NCBI GenBank assembly: GCA_964016885.1
Contig: OZ024746.1
Location: 57,598,001 to 57,662,000, forward strand
DNA from: Eledone cirrhosa
Lineage: Eukaryota
DNA: 64,000 nt
Direction of reading: 5' to 3'
Position numbers and translations under genes: made by a program. How positions within the stretch are numbered: the first letter of the stretch is position 1; each line of letters opens with the position of its first letter. Positions 15,001 through 30,137 of this stretch are shown here, in pieces. The notes under the pieces are model-generated. The model saw nothing but the letters and a program-made list of their open reading frames with translations. It did no database searches and was not told the origin of the DNA.

Positions 15001-18000
15001 TAGATGATATGTGTAACGAACTCGATCTGATTCTGCCCTTGTCAGCTTTGTGTTATTGTTGTAAATGATATGTGTAATGGGCTCGATGTGAGTGTGTCCT
15101 TGTCAGTTGGGTGGTTGTTGTCGTAGCTGATATGCGTAACGGGCTCGATGTGATTGTGTCCTTGTCAGTTTTGTGGTTGTTTTCGTAGCTGATATGTGTA
15201 ACCAGCTCGATGTGATTGTGTCCTTGACAGTTTTGTGGTTGTTGCCGTAGATGATATGTGTAACGGACCCTATGTGATTGTGTCCTTGTCAGTTTTATGG
15301 TTATTGTCGTAGCTGATGTGTAACCGTCTCGATGAGATTGTGTGCTTGTCAGTTTTGTCTTTGTTATCGTAGCTGATATGTGTAACAGGCTCGATGTGAT
15401 TGTGTCCTTGTCAGTTTTGTGGTTGTTGTCGTATATGATATGTGTAACGGGTCGACGTGATTGTGTCCTTGACATGTTGTGGTTATTGTCGTAGCTGATA
15501 TGTGTAACAGGCTCGATGTATTGTGTCCTTGTCAATTTTGTGGTTGTTGTCGTATCTGATATGTGTAACGTGTCGATGTGATTCTGTCCTTGGCAGTTTT
15601 GTGGTTGTTATCGTAGCTGATATGTGTAACGGGCTCGATGTGCTTGTGTCCTTGACAGTTTTGTGGTTGTTGTTGTTGTTGTTATGTGTAATGGGCTCGA
15701 TGTGATTGTGTCCTTGTCAGTTTTGTGGTTGTTGTCGTTGCTGATATGTGTAACCAGCTCGATGTGATTGTGTCCTTGACAGTTTTGAGGTTGTTGCCGT
15801 AGATGATATGTGTAACGGACCCTATGTGATTGTGTCCTTGTCAGTTTTGTGGTTGTTGCCGTAGTGGATGTGCGTAACAGGCTCGATGTGATTGTGTCCT
15901 TGACAGTTTTGTGGTTGTCGCCGTAAAGGATATGCGTAACGGGTTCGATGTAATTGTGTCCTTGAAAGTTTTGTGGTTGTTGCCGTATCTGAAATGTATA
16001 ACAGGCTCGATGTGTATGTGTCCTAGAAAGTTTTGTGGTTTTTTTCGTAGATGATATGCTTCACGATCTAGATATGATTGTGTCCTTAACAGTTGTGTGG
16101 TTGTTGTTATAGTTGTAATGTGTAATGGGCTAGATGTGATTGTGTCCTTGACACTTTCCTGGTTGTTGTCGTAGCTGATATGTATAACTGGTTCGATGTG
16201 ATTGTGCCTTGACAGTTTTGTGGTTGTTGTCGTAGCTGATATGTGTGACGAGCTCGATTTGATTGTGTCCTCCACAGTTTTGTAGTTGTTTTCGTATCTG
16301 ATACGTGTATCGGGCTCGATGTGATTGTGTCCTTGTCAGTTTTGTCTTTGTTATCTTAGCTGACATGTGTAACGGGCTCGATGTGATTGTGTCCTTGACA
16401 GTTTTGTGATTGTTGTCGTAGCTGATATGTGTAACGGGCTCGATGTGATTGCGTCCTTGACAGTTTTGTGGTTTTTGTCGTAGCTGATATGTGTAACGGG
16501 CTCGATGTGATTGTTTCCTTGTCAGTTTTGTCTTTGTTATCTTAGCTGACATGTGTAACGGGCTCGATGTGAAGGCGTCCTTGACAGTTTTGTGGTTGTT
16601 GTCGGAGCTGATATGTGTAACGGGATCGATGTGATTCTGTACTTGAGTGTTTTGTGGTTGTTGCCGTAGCTGATTTGTTAACGGGCTCGATGTGATTGTG
16701 TCCTTGTCAGTTTTGTGGTTGTTGTCGTCGTAGCTGATATGTTTAACGGGCTCGATGTGATTGTGACCTTGACAGTTTTGTGGTTGTTTTCGTAGCTGAT
16801 ATGTGTAACGGGCTCGATGTGATTGTGACCTTGACAGATTTGTGGTTGTTGTCGTAGCTTATATGTGTAACGACCTCGATGTGATTGTGACCTTGACAGT
16901 TTTGTGGCTGTTTTCGTAGCTGATATGTGTAACGGACTCGATCTGATTCTGTCCTTGTCAGCTTTGTGTTATTGTTGTAAATGATATGTGTAATGGGCTG
17001 AATGTGAGTGTGTCCTTTTCATTTTTGTGGTTGTTGACGGAACTGATATGCGTAACCAGCTCGATGTGATTGTGTCCTTGACAGTTCTGTGGTTGTTCCC
17101 GTAGAAGTTATGTGTACCGGGCCCTATGTGAGTGTGTCCTTGTCAGTTTTATGGTTATTGTCGTAGCTGATGTGTAACCGGCTCGATGTGATTGTGTCCT
17201 TGTCAGTTTTGTGGTTGTTGTCGTATCTGATATGTGTAACGGGTTGATGTGATTGTGTCCTTGACAGTGTTGTGGTTGTTGGTGGAGTTGTTATCTGTAA
17301 CGGGCTCGATAGGATTGTGTCCTTCTCAGTTTAGTCTTTGTTTTCTTAGCTGAAATGTGTAACGGCCTCGATGTGATTGTGTGCTTGACAGTTTTGTGGT
17401 TGTTGTCGTAGCTGATATGTGTAACGGCCTCGATGTGATTGTGTCCTTCACAGTTTTGTAGTTGTTTTCGTAGCTGATATGTGTAACGGGCTAGATTTGA
17501 TTGTGTCCTTGTCAGTTTTGTCTTTTTTATCATAGCTGACATGTCTAACGGGCTAGATATGATTGTGTCACTGCCACTTTTGTGGTTGCTGTCGTATCTG
17601 ATATGTGTAACGGGCTCGATGTGATTGTGTCCTAGACATTTTTGTGGTTGTTGTTGTAGTTGTTATGTGTAACGGACTCGATGTGATTGTGTCCTTGACA
17701 GTTTTGTGGTTGTTTTCGTAGCTGATATGTGTAACGGGCTCGATGTGATTGTGTCCTTGACAGTTTTGTGGTTGTTGCCGTAGTGGATATGCGTAACGGC
17801 CTCGATGTGATTGTGTCCTAAACTGTTTTGTGGTTGTTGTTCTAGTTGTTATGTGTAACGGATCGATGTGATTGTCTCCTTCTCAGTTTTGTCGTTGTTG
17901 TTGCATCTTATATGTGTAACGGCCTCGATGTGATTGTGACCTTGACAGTTTTGTGGTTTATTCGTAGCTTATATGTGTAACGGGCTCGATGTGATTGTGA

Positions 18001-21000
18001 CCTTGACAGTTTTGTGGCTGTTTTCGTAGCTGACATGTGTAACGGACTCGATCTGATTCTGTCCTTGTCAGCTTTGTGTTATTGTTGTAAATGATATGTG
18101 TAATGGGCTCGATGTGAGAGTTTCCTTGTCAGTGTTGTGGTTGTTGTCGTATCTGATATGCGTAACGGGCTCAATGTGATTGTGTCCTTGTCAGTTTGAT
18201 TGTTATTGTCCTAGCTGATGTGTAACCGGCTCGATGAGATTGTGTCCTTGTCAGTATTTTCTTTGATATCGTAGCTGATATGTGTAACAGGCTCGATGTG
18301 ATTGTGTCCTTGACAGTTTTGTAGTTGTTGCCGTAGTGGATATGCGTAACGGGCTCGATGTGATTGTGTCCTTGACATTTTTGTGGTTGTTGCCGTAGTG
18401 GATATGCGTAACGGGCTCGATGTGATTGTGTCCTTGTCAGTTTTGTGGTTTTTCTCGTAGATGATATGTTTCACGATCTAGATATGATTGTGTCCTTGAC
18501 AGTTGTGTGATTGTTGTTATAGTTGTTATGTGTAATGGGCTAGATGTGATTGTGTCCTTGACACTTTTCTGGTTGTTGTCGTACTGATATGTATAACTGG
18601 TTCGATGTGATTGTGCCTTGACAGTTTTGTGGTTGTTGTCGTAGCTGATATGTGTAACGAGCTCGATATGATTGTGTCATCCACAGTTTTGTGGTTGTTT
18701 TCGTATCTGATATGTGTATCGGGCTTGATGTGATTGTGTCCTTGTCAGTTTTGTCTTTTTTATTTTAGCTGACATGTGTAACGGGCTCGATGTGATTGTG
18801 TCCGTGACAGTTTTGTGGTTGTTGTCGTAGCTGATATGTGTGACGGGATCGATGTGATTGTGTACTTGAGTGTTTTGTGGTTGTTGCCGTAGGTGATTTG
18901 TTAACGGGCTCGAAGTGATTGTGTCCTTGACAGTTTTGTGGTTGTTGTCGTAGCAGATGTGTAACCGGCTCGATGTGATTGTGTCCTTGACAGTTTTGTG
19001 CTTGTTGTCGTAGGTGATATCTGTAACGGGCTCGATGTGATTGCGTCCTTGATAGTTTCGTGCTTTTTGTCGTAGCTGATATGTGTAACGGACTCGATGT
19101 GATTGTTTCCTTCCTTGTCAGTTTTGTCTTTGTTACCTTAGCTGACTTGTGTAACGGGCTTGACGTGAATGTGTCCTTGACAGTTTTGTGGTTGTTGTCG
19201 TAGCTGATATGTGTAACGGGATCGATGTGATTGTGTCCTTGTCAGCTTTGTGTTATTGTTGTAAATGATATGTGTAATGGGCTCGATGTGAGTGTGTCCT
19301 TGTCAGTTTTGTGGTTGTTGACGGAGCTGATATGCGTAACGGGCTCGATGTGATTTTGTCCTTGTCAGTTTTGTGGTTTTTCTCGTAGATGATATGTTTC
19401 ACGATCTAGATATAATTGTGTCCTTGACAGTTGTGTGGTTGTTGTTATAGTTGTTATGTGTAATGGGCTAGATGTGAATGTGTCCTTGACACTTTTCTGG
19501 TTGTTGTCGTATCTGATATGTATAACTGGTTCGATGTGATTGTGCCTTGACAGTTTTGTGGTTGTTGTCGTAGCTGATATGTGTAACGGGATCGATGTGA
19601 TTGTGTCCTTGTCAGCTTTGTGTTATTGTTGTAAATGATATGTGTAATGGGCTCGATGTGAGTGTGTCCTTGTCAGTTTTGTGGTTGTTGACGGAGCTGA
19701 TATGCGTAACGGGCTCGATGTGATTGTGTCCTTCTCAGTTTTGTGGTTGTTGTCGTAACTGATACGTGTAACCAGCTCGATGTGATTGTGTCCTTGACAG
19801 TTTTGTAGTTGTTGTCGTAGCTGATATATGTAACGGATTCGTTGTGATTGTGTTCTTGACAATTTTGTGGTTGTTGTCGTAGCTGATATATGTAATGGGC
19901 TAGATGTGATTGTGTCCTTAACAGTTTTGTGGTTGTTGTCGTAGCTGATATGTGTAACGGGCTCGATGTGATCGTGTCCTTCACAGTTGTGTGTTTGTTG
20001 CCGTAGCTGATATGTGTAAAGGGCTTGATGTGATCGTTTCCTTGACAGTTTTTTGGTTGTTGGTGTAGTTGTTATGTGTAACGGGCTCGATGTTATTGTG
20101 TCCTTGTCAGTTTTGTGGTTCTGGTTGTCGTTGTTATGTGTGATTGGTTCGATGTGATTGTGTCCTTGTCAATTTTGTGGTTGTTGTCGTAGCTGATATG
20201 TGTAACGGCCTCGATATGATTGTGTCCTTGTCAGTTTTGTGGTTGTTCTCTTAGCAGATATGTGAAAAGGGCTCGTTGTGATTGTGTCCTTGTCAGTTTC
20301 GTGGTTGTTCTCGTAGCTGATATGTGTAACGGGCTCGATATGATTGTGTCCTTGTCAGTTTTGTGGTTATTGTTGTAGCTGATATGTGTAACGGGCTCGA
20401 TGTGATTGTGTGCTTGACAGTTTTGTGGTTGTTCTCGTAGCTGATATGTGTAACCGGCACGATGTGATTGTGTCCTTGTCAGTTTTGTGGTTGTTGTTGT
20501 AGCTGATATGTGTAACGGCCTCGATGTGATTGTGATCTTCAATGTTTTGCGGTTGTTTTCCTTAGCTGATATATGTAACGGGCTCGATGTGATTCTGTCC
20601 TTGACAGTTGTGTGGTTGTTTTTATAGTTGTTATGTGTAATAAGCTGGATGTGATTATATCCTTGACAGTTTTGTGGTTGTTGTCGTAGCTGATATGTGT
20701 AACGGGCTCGATATGATTGTGTCCTTGACAGTTTTGTGGTTGTTGTCGTAGCTGATATGTGTAACGGGCTAGATTTGATTGTGTCCTTGTCAGTTTTGTC
20801 TTTGTTATCATAGCTGACATGTGTAACGGGCTAGATATGTTTGTGTCACTGACACTTTTGTGGCTGTTGTCGTAGCTGATATGTGTAACAGGCTCGATGT
20901 ATTGTGTCCTTGTCAATTTTATGGTTGTTGTCGTATCTGATATGTGTAACCTGTCGATGTGATTGTGTCCTAGACAGTTTTGTGGTTATTGTCGTAGCTG

Positions 21001-24000
21001 ATATGTATAACGGGCTCGATGTGATTGTGTCCTTGTCAGTTTTGTGGTTGTTCTCGTAGCTAATATATCTCACGGGTTCGATGTGAGTCTGTCCTTGTCA
21101 GTTTTGTGGTTATTGTTGCAGCTGATATATGTAACGGGCTCGATGTGATTGTGTGCTTGACAATTTTGTGGTTGTTCTCGTAGTTGATATGTGTAACGGG
21201 CACGATGTGATTGTGTCCTTGTCAGTTTTGTGGTTGTTGGTGTAGTTGCTATGTGTAACGGCCTCGATGTGATTGTGATCTTCATTGTTTTTCAGTTGTT
21301 TTCCTTAGCTGATATAGGTAACGGCCTCGATGTGATTGTGTCCTTGACAGTTTTGTGGTTGTTTTCGTAACTGATATGTGTAACGGGCTCGATGTGATTG
21401 TGTCCTTGTCAGTTTTGTGGTTGTTGTCGTATCTGATATGTGTAACGGGTCAACGTGATTGTGTCCTTGACACTTTGTGGTTATTGTCGTAGCTGATATG
21501 TGTAACAGGCTCAATGTATTGTGTCCTTGACAGTTTTGTGGTTGTTATCGTCGCTGATATGTGTAACGGGCTCGATGTGCTTGTGTCCTTGTCAGTTTTG
21601 TGGTTGTTCTCTTAGCTGATGTGTGAAAAGGGCTCGATGTGATTGTGTCCTTGTCAGTTTCGTGGTTGTTCTCGTAGCTGATATGTGTAGCGGGCTCGAT
21701 ATGATTGTGTCCTTCTCAGTTTTGTGGTTATTGTTGTAGCTTATATGTGTAACGGGCTCGATGTGATTGTGTGCTTGACAGTTTTGTGGTTGTTCTCGTA
21801 GCTGATATGTGTAACCGGCACGATGTGATTGTGTCCTTGTCAGTTTTGTGGTTGTTGTTGTAGCTGATATGTGTAACGGCCTCGATGTGATTGTGATCTT
21901 CACTGTTTTGCGGTTGTTTTCCTTAGCTGATATATGTAACGGGCTCGATGTGATTCTGTCCTTGACAGTTGTGTGGTTGTTTTTATAGTTGTTATGTGTA
22001 ATAAGCTGGATGTGATTATATCCTTGACAGTTTTGTGGTTGTTGTCGTAGCTGATATGTGTAACGGGCTCGATATGATTGTGTCCTTGACAGTTTTGTGG
22101 TTGTTGTCGTAGCTGATATGTGTAACGGGCTCGATATGATTGTGTCCTTGACAGTTTTGTGGTTGTTGTCGTAGCTGATATGTGTAACGGGCTAGATTTG
22201 ATTGTGTCCTTGTCCGTTTTGCCTTTGTTATCATAGCTGACATGTGTAACGGGCTAGATATGTTTGTGTCACTGACACTTTTGTGGCTGTTGTCGTAGCT
22301 GATATGTGTAACAGGCTCGATGTATTGTGTCCTTGTCAATTTTTGGTTGATGTCGTAGCTGATATGTGTAACGGGCTAGATGTGATTGTGTTCTTGACAG
22401 TTTTGTGGTTGTTGTCGTAGCTGATATGTGTAGCGGGCTCGATGTGATTGTGTCCTTGTCAGTTTCGTGGTTGTTCTCGTAGCTAATATATCTCACGGGT
22501 TCGATGTGATTCTGTCCTTGTCAGTTTTGTGGTTATTGTTGTAGCTGATATATGTAACGGTCTCGATGTGATTGTGTGCTTGACAATTTTGTGGTTGTTC
22601 TCGTAGTTGATATGTGTAACGGGCACGATGTGATTGTGTCCTTGTCAGTTTTGTGGTTGTCGACGTAGCTTATATGTGTAACGGGCTCGATGTGATTTTG
22701 TAGTTGACAGTTCAGTTTTGTGGTTGTTGTCGTAGCAGATATGTGTAACGGGCTCGATGGTATCGTCTCCTTGACAGTTTTTTGGATGTTATCGTAGCTG
22801 ATACGTGTAAAGGGCTCCATGTTATCGTGTCTTTGACAGTTTTGTGGTTGTTGTCGTAGCTGATATGTGTAACGGACTCGATGTGATTGTGTCCTTGACA
22901 GTTTTGTGGTTGTTGTTGTAGCAGATATGTGTAACGGGCTCGATGTTATCGTGTCCTTGACAGTTTTGTGGTTATTGTCGTAGCAGATATGTTTAACGGG
23001 CTCGATGTTATCGTGTACTTGATAGTTTTTTGGTTGATGTCGTAACTGATATGTGTAACGGGCTTCGGGTTTCGATTGTGTCCTGAACAGTTTTGTGGTT
23101 GTTTCGTAGCTGATATGTGTAACGGGCTCGATGGGATTGTGTCCTTGACAGTCTCGTGCTTGATTTGGTATCTGATATGTGTATCGGGCTCGATGTGATT
23201 GTGTCCTTGACAGATTTGTAGTTGTTTTCGTAGCTGATATATGTAACGGATTCGTTGTGATTGTGTTCTTGACAATTTTGTGGTTGTTGTCGTAGCTGAT
23301 ATATGTAATGGGCTAGATGTGATTGTGTCCTTAACAGTTTTGTGGTTGTTGTCGTAGCTGATATGTGTAACGGGCTCGATGTGATCGTGTCCTTCACAGT
23401 TGTGTGGTTGTTGCCGTAGCTGATATGTGTAAAGGGCTTGATGTGATCGTTTCCTTGACAGTTTTTTGGTTGTTGGTGTAGTTGTTATGTGTAACGGGCT
23501 CGATGTTATTGTGTCCTTGTCAGTTTTGTGGTTCTGGTTGTCGTTGTTATGTGTGACTGGTTCGATGTGATTGTGTCCTTGTCAATTTTGTGGTTGTTGT
23601 TGTAGCTGATATGTGTAACGGGCTCGATGTGCTTGTGTCCTTGTCAGTTTTGTGGTTGTTCTCTTAGCTGATGTGTGAAAAGGGCTCGATGTGATTGTGT
23701 CCTTGTCAGTTTAGTGGTTGTTCTCGTAGCTGATATGTGTAGCGGGCTCGATATGATTGTGTCCTTGTCAGTTTTGTGGATATTGTTGTAGCTTATATGT
23801 GTAACGGGCTCGATGTGATTGTGTGCTTGACAGTTTTGTGGTTGTTCTCGTAGCTGATATATGTAACCGGCACGATGTGATTGTGTCCTTGTCAGTTTTG
23901 TGGTTGTTGTTGTAGTTGATATGTGTAACGGCCTCGATGTGATTGTGATCGTCACTGTTTTGCGGTTGTTTTCCTTAGCTGATATATGTAACGGGCTCGA

Positions 24001-27000
24001 TGTGATACTGTCCTTGACAGTTGTGTGGTTGTTTTTATAGTTGTTATGTGTAATAAGCTGGATGTGATTATATCCTTGACAATTTTGTGGTTGTTGTCGT
24101 AGCTGATATGTGTAACGGGCTCGATATAATTGTGTCCTTGACAGTTTTGTGGTTGTTGTCGTAGCTGATATGTGTAACAGCCTCGATATGATTGTGTCCT
24201 TCACAGTTTTGTAGTTGTTTTCGTAGATGATATGTGTAACGGCCTCGATGTGATTCTGTCCTTGTCAGTTTTGTGTTATTTTTGTAGCTGATATGTGTAA
24301 CGGGCTCGATGTGATTCTGTCCTTGTCAGTTTTGCCTTTGTTGTTGTAGCTTGTATGTGTAACGGGCTCGGTGTGATTGTGTACTTGACAGTTTTGTGGT
24401 TGTCGACGTAGCAGATATGTGTAACGGGCTCGATCGTATCGTGTCCTTGACAGTTTTTTGGTTGTTATCGTAGCTGATGCGTGTAACGGGCCCGATTTTA
24501 TCGTGTCTTTGACAGTTTTGTGATTGTTTTCGTAGCTGATATGTGTAACGTGCTCGATGTGATTCTGTCCATGTCAGTTTTGTGGTTGTTGGTGTAGTTG
24601 TTATGTGTAATGGGCTCGATGTTATTGTGTCCTTGTCAGTTTTGTGTTATTGTTGTAGCTGATATGTGTAACGGGATCGATGTGAATTTGTCCTTGACAG
24701 TTTTGTGGGTGTTGCCGTAGCCGATATGTGTAACGGGCTAGATTTGATTGTGTCCTTGTCAGTTTTGTCTTTGTTATCATAGCTGACATGTGTAACGGGC
24801 TAGATATGTTTGTGTCACTGACACTTTTGTGGCTGTTGTCGTAGCTGATATGTGTAATGGGCTCGATGTGAATTTGTCCTTGACAGTCTTGTGGTTGTTG
24901 TCATAGCTGATATGTGTAACGGGCTAGATGTGATTGTGTTCTTGACAGTTTTGTGGTTGTTGTCGTATCTGATATGTGTAACGGGTTCGATGTGATTGTG
25001 TCCTTGTCAGTGTTGTGGTTGTTGTCGTAGCTGACATGTGTAACTGGCTCGATGTGATTGTGTCCTTGTCAGTTTTGTGGTTGTTGTCCTATTTGTTACG
25101 TGTAACGGGCTCGATGTGATTGTGTCCTTGTCAGTTTTGTGGTTGTTGTCGTAGCTGATATGTGTAACGGGCTCGATGTGATTGTGTCCTTGAGAGTTTT
25201 GTGGTTGTTGGTGGAGTTGTCATGTGTAACGGGCTCGAAAGGATTGTGTCCTTGATGCTTTTGTGGTTGCTGTTGTAGTTGTTATGTTTAACGGCCTCGA
25301 TCTGATTGTGTCCTTGACAGTTTTGTGGTTGTTTTCGTAGCTGATATATGTAATGGGCTCGATGTGATTGTGTCCTTGACAGTTTTCTGGTTGTTTTTGT
25401 AGATGATATGTGTAACGAACTCGATCTGATTCTGCCCTTGTCAGCTTTGTGTTATTGTTGTAAATGATATGTGTAATGGGCTCGATGTGAGTGTGTCCTT
25501 GTCAGTTGGGTGGTTGTTGTCGTAGCTGATATGCGTAACGGGCTCGATGTGATTGTGTCCTTGTCAGTTTTGTGGTTGTTTTCGTAGCTGATATGTGTAA
25601 CCAGCTCGATGTGATTGTGTCCTTGACAGTTTTGTGGTTGTTGCCGTAGATGATATGTGTAACGGACCCTATGTGATTGTGTCCTTGTCAGTTTTATGGT
25701 TATTGTCGTAGCTGATGTGTAACCGTCTCGATGAGATTGTGTGCTTGTCAGTTTTGTCTTTGTTATCGTAGCTGATATGTGTAACAGGCTCGATGTGATT
25801 GTGTCCTTGTCAGTTTTGTGGTTGTTGTCGTATATGATATGTGTAACGGGTCGACGTGATTGTGTCCTTGACATGTTGTGGTTATTGTCGTAGCTGATAT
25901 GTGTAACAGGCTCGATGTATTGTGTCCTTGTCAATTTTGTGGTTGTTGTCGTATCTGATATGTGTAACGTGTCGATGTGATTCTGTCCTTGGCAGTTTTG
26001 TGGTTGTTATCGTAGCTGATATGTGTAACGGGCTCGATGTGCTTGTGTCCTTGACAGTTTTGTGGTTGTTGTTGTTGTTGTTATGTGTAATGGGCTCGAT
26101 GTGATTGTGTCCTTGTCAGTTTTGTGGTTGTTGTCGTTGCTGATATGTGTAACCAGCTCGATGTGATTGTGTCCTTGACAGTTTTGTGGTTGTTGCCGTA
26201 GTGGATGTGCGTAACAGGCTCGATGTGATTGTGTCCTTGACAGTTTTGTGGTTGTCGCCGTAAAGGATATGCGTAACGGGTTCGATGTAATTGTGTCCTT
26301 GAAAGTTTTGTGGTTGTTGCCGTATCTGAAATGTATAACAGGCTCGATGTGTATGTGTCCTAGAAAGTTTTGTGGTTTTTTTCGTAGATGATATGCTTCA
26401 CGATCTAGATATGATTGTGTCCTTAACAGTTGTGTGGTTGTTGTTATAGTTGTAATGTGTAATGGGCTAGATGTGATTGTGTCCTTGACACTTTCCTGGT
26501 TGTTGTCGTAGCTGATATGTATAACTGGTTCGATGTGATTGTGCCTTGACAGTTTTGTGGTTGTTGTCGTAGCTGATATGTGTGACGAGCTCGATTTGAT
26601 TGTGTCCTCCACAGTTTTGTAGTTGTTTTCGTATCTGATACGTGTATCGGGCTCGATGTGATTGTGTCCTTGTCAGTTTTGTCTTTGTTATCTTAGCTGA
26701 CATGTGTAACGGGCTCGATGTGATTGTGTCCTTGACAGTTTTGTGATTGTTGTCGTAGCTGATATGTGTAACGGGCTCGATGTGATTGCGTCCTTGACAG
26801 TTTTGTGGTTTTTGTCGTAGCTGATATGTGTAACGGGCTCGATGTGATTGTTTCCTTGTCAGTTTTGTCTTTGTTATCTTAGCTGACATGTGTAACGGGC
26901 TCGATGTGAAGGCGTCCTTGACAGTTTTGTGGTTGTTGTCGGAGCTGATACGTGTAACGGGATCGATGTGATTCTGTACTTGAGTGTTTTGTGGTTGTTG

Positions 27001-30000
27001 CCGTAGCTGATTTGTTAACGGGCTCGATGTGATTGTGTCCTTGTCAGTTTTGTGGTTGTTGTCGTCGTAGCTGATATGTTTAACGGGCTCGATGTGATTG
27101 TGACCTTGACAGTTTTGTGGTTGTTTTCGTAGCTGATATGTGTAACGGGCTCGATGTGATTGTGACCTTGACAGATTTGTGGTTGTTGTCGTAGCTTATA
27201 TGTGTAACGACCTCGATGTGATTGTGACCTTGACAGTTTTGTGGCTGTTTTCGTAGCTGATATGTGTAACGGACTCGATCTGATTCTGTCCTTGTCAGCT
27301 TTGTGTTATTGTTGTAAATGATATGTGTAATGGGCTGAATGTGAGTGTGTCCTTTTCATTTTTGTGGTTGTTGACGGAACTGATATGCGTAACCAGCTCG
27401 ATGTGATTGTGTCCTTGACAGTTCTGTGGTTGTTCCCGTAGAAGTTATGTGTACCGGGCCCTATGTGAGTGTGTCCTTGTCAGTTTTATGGTTATTGTCG
27501 TAGCTGATGTGTAACCGGCTCGATGTGATTGTGTCCTTGTCAGTTTTGTGGTTGTTGTCGTATCTGATATGTGTAACGGGTTGATGTGATTGTGTCCTTG
27601 ACAGTGTTGTGGTTGTTGGTGGAGTTGTTATCTGTAACGGGCTCGATAGGATTGTGTCCTTCTCAGTTTAGTCTTTGTTTTCTTAGCTGAAATGTGTAAC
27701 GGCCTCGATGTGATTGTGTGCTTGACAGTTTTGTGGTTGTTGTCGTAGCTGATATGTGTAACGGCCTCGATGTGATTGTGTCCTTCACAGTTTTGTAGTT
27801 GTTTTCGTAGCTGATATGTGTAACGGGCTAGATTTGATTGTGTCCTTGTCAGTTTTGTCTTTTTTATCATAGCTGACATGTCTAACGGGCTAGATATGAT
27901 TGTGTCACTGCCACTTTTGTGGTTGCTGTCGTATCTGATATGTGTAACGGGCTCGATGTGATTGTGTCCTAGACATTTTTGTGGTTGTTGTTGTAGTTGT
28001 TATGTGTAACGGACTCGATGTGATTGTGTCCTTGACAGTTTTGTGGTTGTTTTCGTAGCTGATATGTGTAACGGGCTCGATGTGATTGTGTCCTTGACAG
28101 TTTTGTGGTTGTTGCCGTAGTGGATATGCGTAACGGCCTCGATGTGATTGTGTCCTAAACTGTTTTGTGGTTGTTGTTCTAGTTGTTATGTGTAACGGAT
28201 CGATGTGATTGTCTCCTTCTCAGTTTTGTCGTTGTTGTTGCATCTTATATGTGTAACGGCCTCGATGTGATTGTGACCTTGACAGTTTTGTGGTTTATTC
28301 GTAGCTTATATGTGTAACGGGCTCGATGTGATTGTGACCTTGACAGTTTTGTGGCTGTTTTCGTAGCTGACATGTGTAACGGACTCGATCTGATTCTGTC
28401 CTTGTCAGCTTTGTGTTATTGTTGTAAATGATATGTGTAATGGGCTCGATGTGAGAGTTTCCTTGTCAGTGTTGTGGTTGTTGTCGTATCTGATATGCGT
28501 AACGGGCTCAATGTGATTGTGTCCTTGTCAGTTTGATTGTTATTGTCCTAGCTGATGTGTAACCGGCTCGATGAGATTGTGTCCTTGTCAGTATTTTCTT
28601 TGATATCGTAGCTGATATGTGTAACAGGCTCGATGTGATTGTGTCCTTGACAGTTTTGTAGTTGTTGCCGTAGTGGATATGCGTAACGGGCTCGATGTGA
28701 TTGTGTCCTTGACATTTTTGTGGTTGTTGCCGTAGTGGATATGCGTAACGGGCTCGATGTGATTGTGTCCTTGTCAGTTTTGTGGTTTTTCTCGTAGATG
28801 ATATGTTTCACGATCTAGATATGATTGTGTCCTTGACAGTTGTGTGATTGTTGTTATAGTTGTTATGTGTAATGGGCTAGATGTGATTGTGTCCTTGACA
28901 CTTTTCTGGTTGTTGTCGTACTGATATGTATAACTGGTTCGATGTGATTGTGCCTTGACAGTTTTGTGGTTGTTGTCGTAGCTGATATGTGTAACGAGCT
29001 CGATATGATTGTGTCATCCACAGTTTTGTGGTTGTTTTCGTATCTGATATGTGTATCGGGCTTGATGTGATTGTGTCCTTGTCAGTTTTGTCTTTTTTAT
29101 TTTAGCTGACATGTGTAACGGGCTCGATGTGATTGTGTCCGTGACAGTTTTGTGGTTGTTGTCGTAGCTGATATGTGTGACGGGATCGATGTGATTGTGT
29201 ACTTGAGTGTTTTGTGGTTGTTGCCGTAGGTGATTTGTTAACGGGCTCGAAGTGATTGTGTCCTTGACAGTTTTGTGGTTGTTGTCGTAGCAGATGTGTA
29301 ACCGGCTCGATGTGATTGTGTCCTTGACAGTTTTGTGCTTGTTGTCGTAGGTGATATCTGTAACGGGCTCGATGTGATTGCGTCCTTGATAGTTTCGTGC
29401 TTTTTGTCGTAGCTGATATGTGTAACGGACTTGATGTGATTGTTTCCTTCCTTGTCAGTTTTGTCTTTGTTACCTTAGCTGACATGTGTAACGGGCTTGA
29501 CGTGAATGTGTCCTTGACAGTTTTGTGGTTGTTGTCGTAGCTGATATGTGTAACGGGATCGATGTGATTGTGTCCTTGTCAGCTTTGTGTTATTGTTGTA
29601 AATGATATGTGTAATGGGCTCGATGTGAGTGTGTCCTTGTCAGTTTTGTGGTTGTTGACGGAGCTGATATGCGTAACGGGCTCGATGTGATTTTGTCCTT
29701 GTCAGTTTTGTGGTTTTTCTCGTAGATGATATGTTTCACGATCTAGATATGATTGTGTCCTTGACAGTTGTGTGGTTGTTGTTATAGTTGTTATGTGTAA
29801 TGGGCTAGATGTGAATGTGTCCTTGACACTTTTCTGGTTGTTGTCGTAGCTGATATGTATAACTGGTTCGATGTGATTGTGCCTTGACAGTTTTGTGGTT
29901 GTTGTCGTAGCTGATATGTGTAACGGGATCGATGTGATTGTGTCCTTGTCAGCTTTGTGTTATTGTTGTAAATGATATGTGTAATGGGCTCGATGTGAGT

Positions 30001-30137
30001 GTGTCCTTGTCAGTTTTGTGGTTGTTGACGGAGCTGATATGCGTAACGGGCTCGATGTGATTGTGTCCTTCTCAGTTTTGTGGTTGTTGTCGTAACTGAT
30101 ACGTGTAACCAGCTCGATGTGATTGTGTCCTTGACAG
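9031..30137. repeat. ~10.5-kb tandem segmental duplication inside the satellite (copy 1 ~9031-19800, copy 2 ~19801-30137)
   Basis: Near-identical artefactual ORFs and diagnostic variant monomers recur at offsets 10770 (9461/20231), 10709 (10883/21592), 10399 (12547/22946, 15053/25452) and 10337 (16130/26467, 18211/28548). The junction near 19800 joins sequence matching 30101-30137 to sequence matching 9031 onward. Confidence 0.9.
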
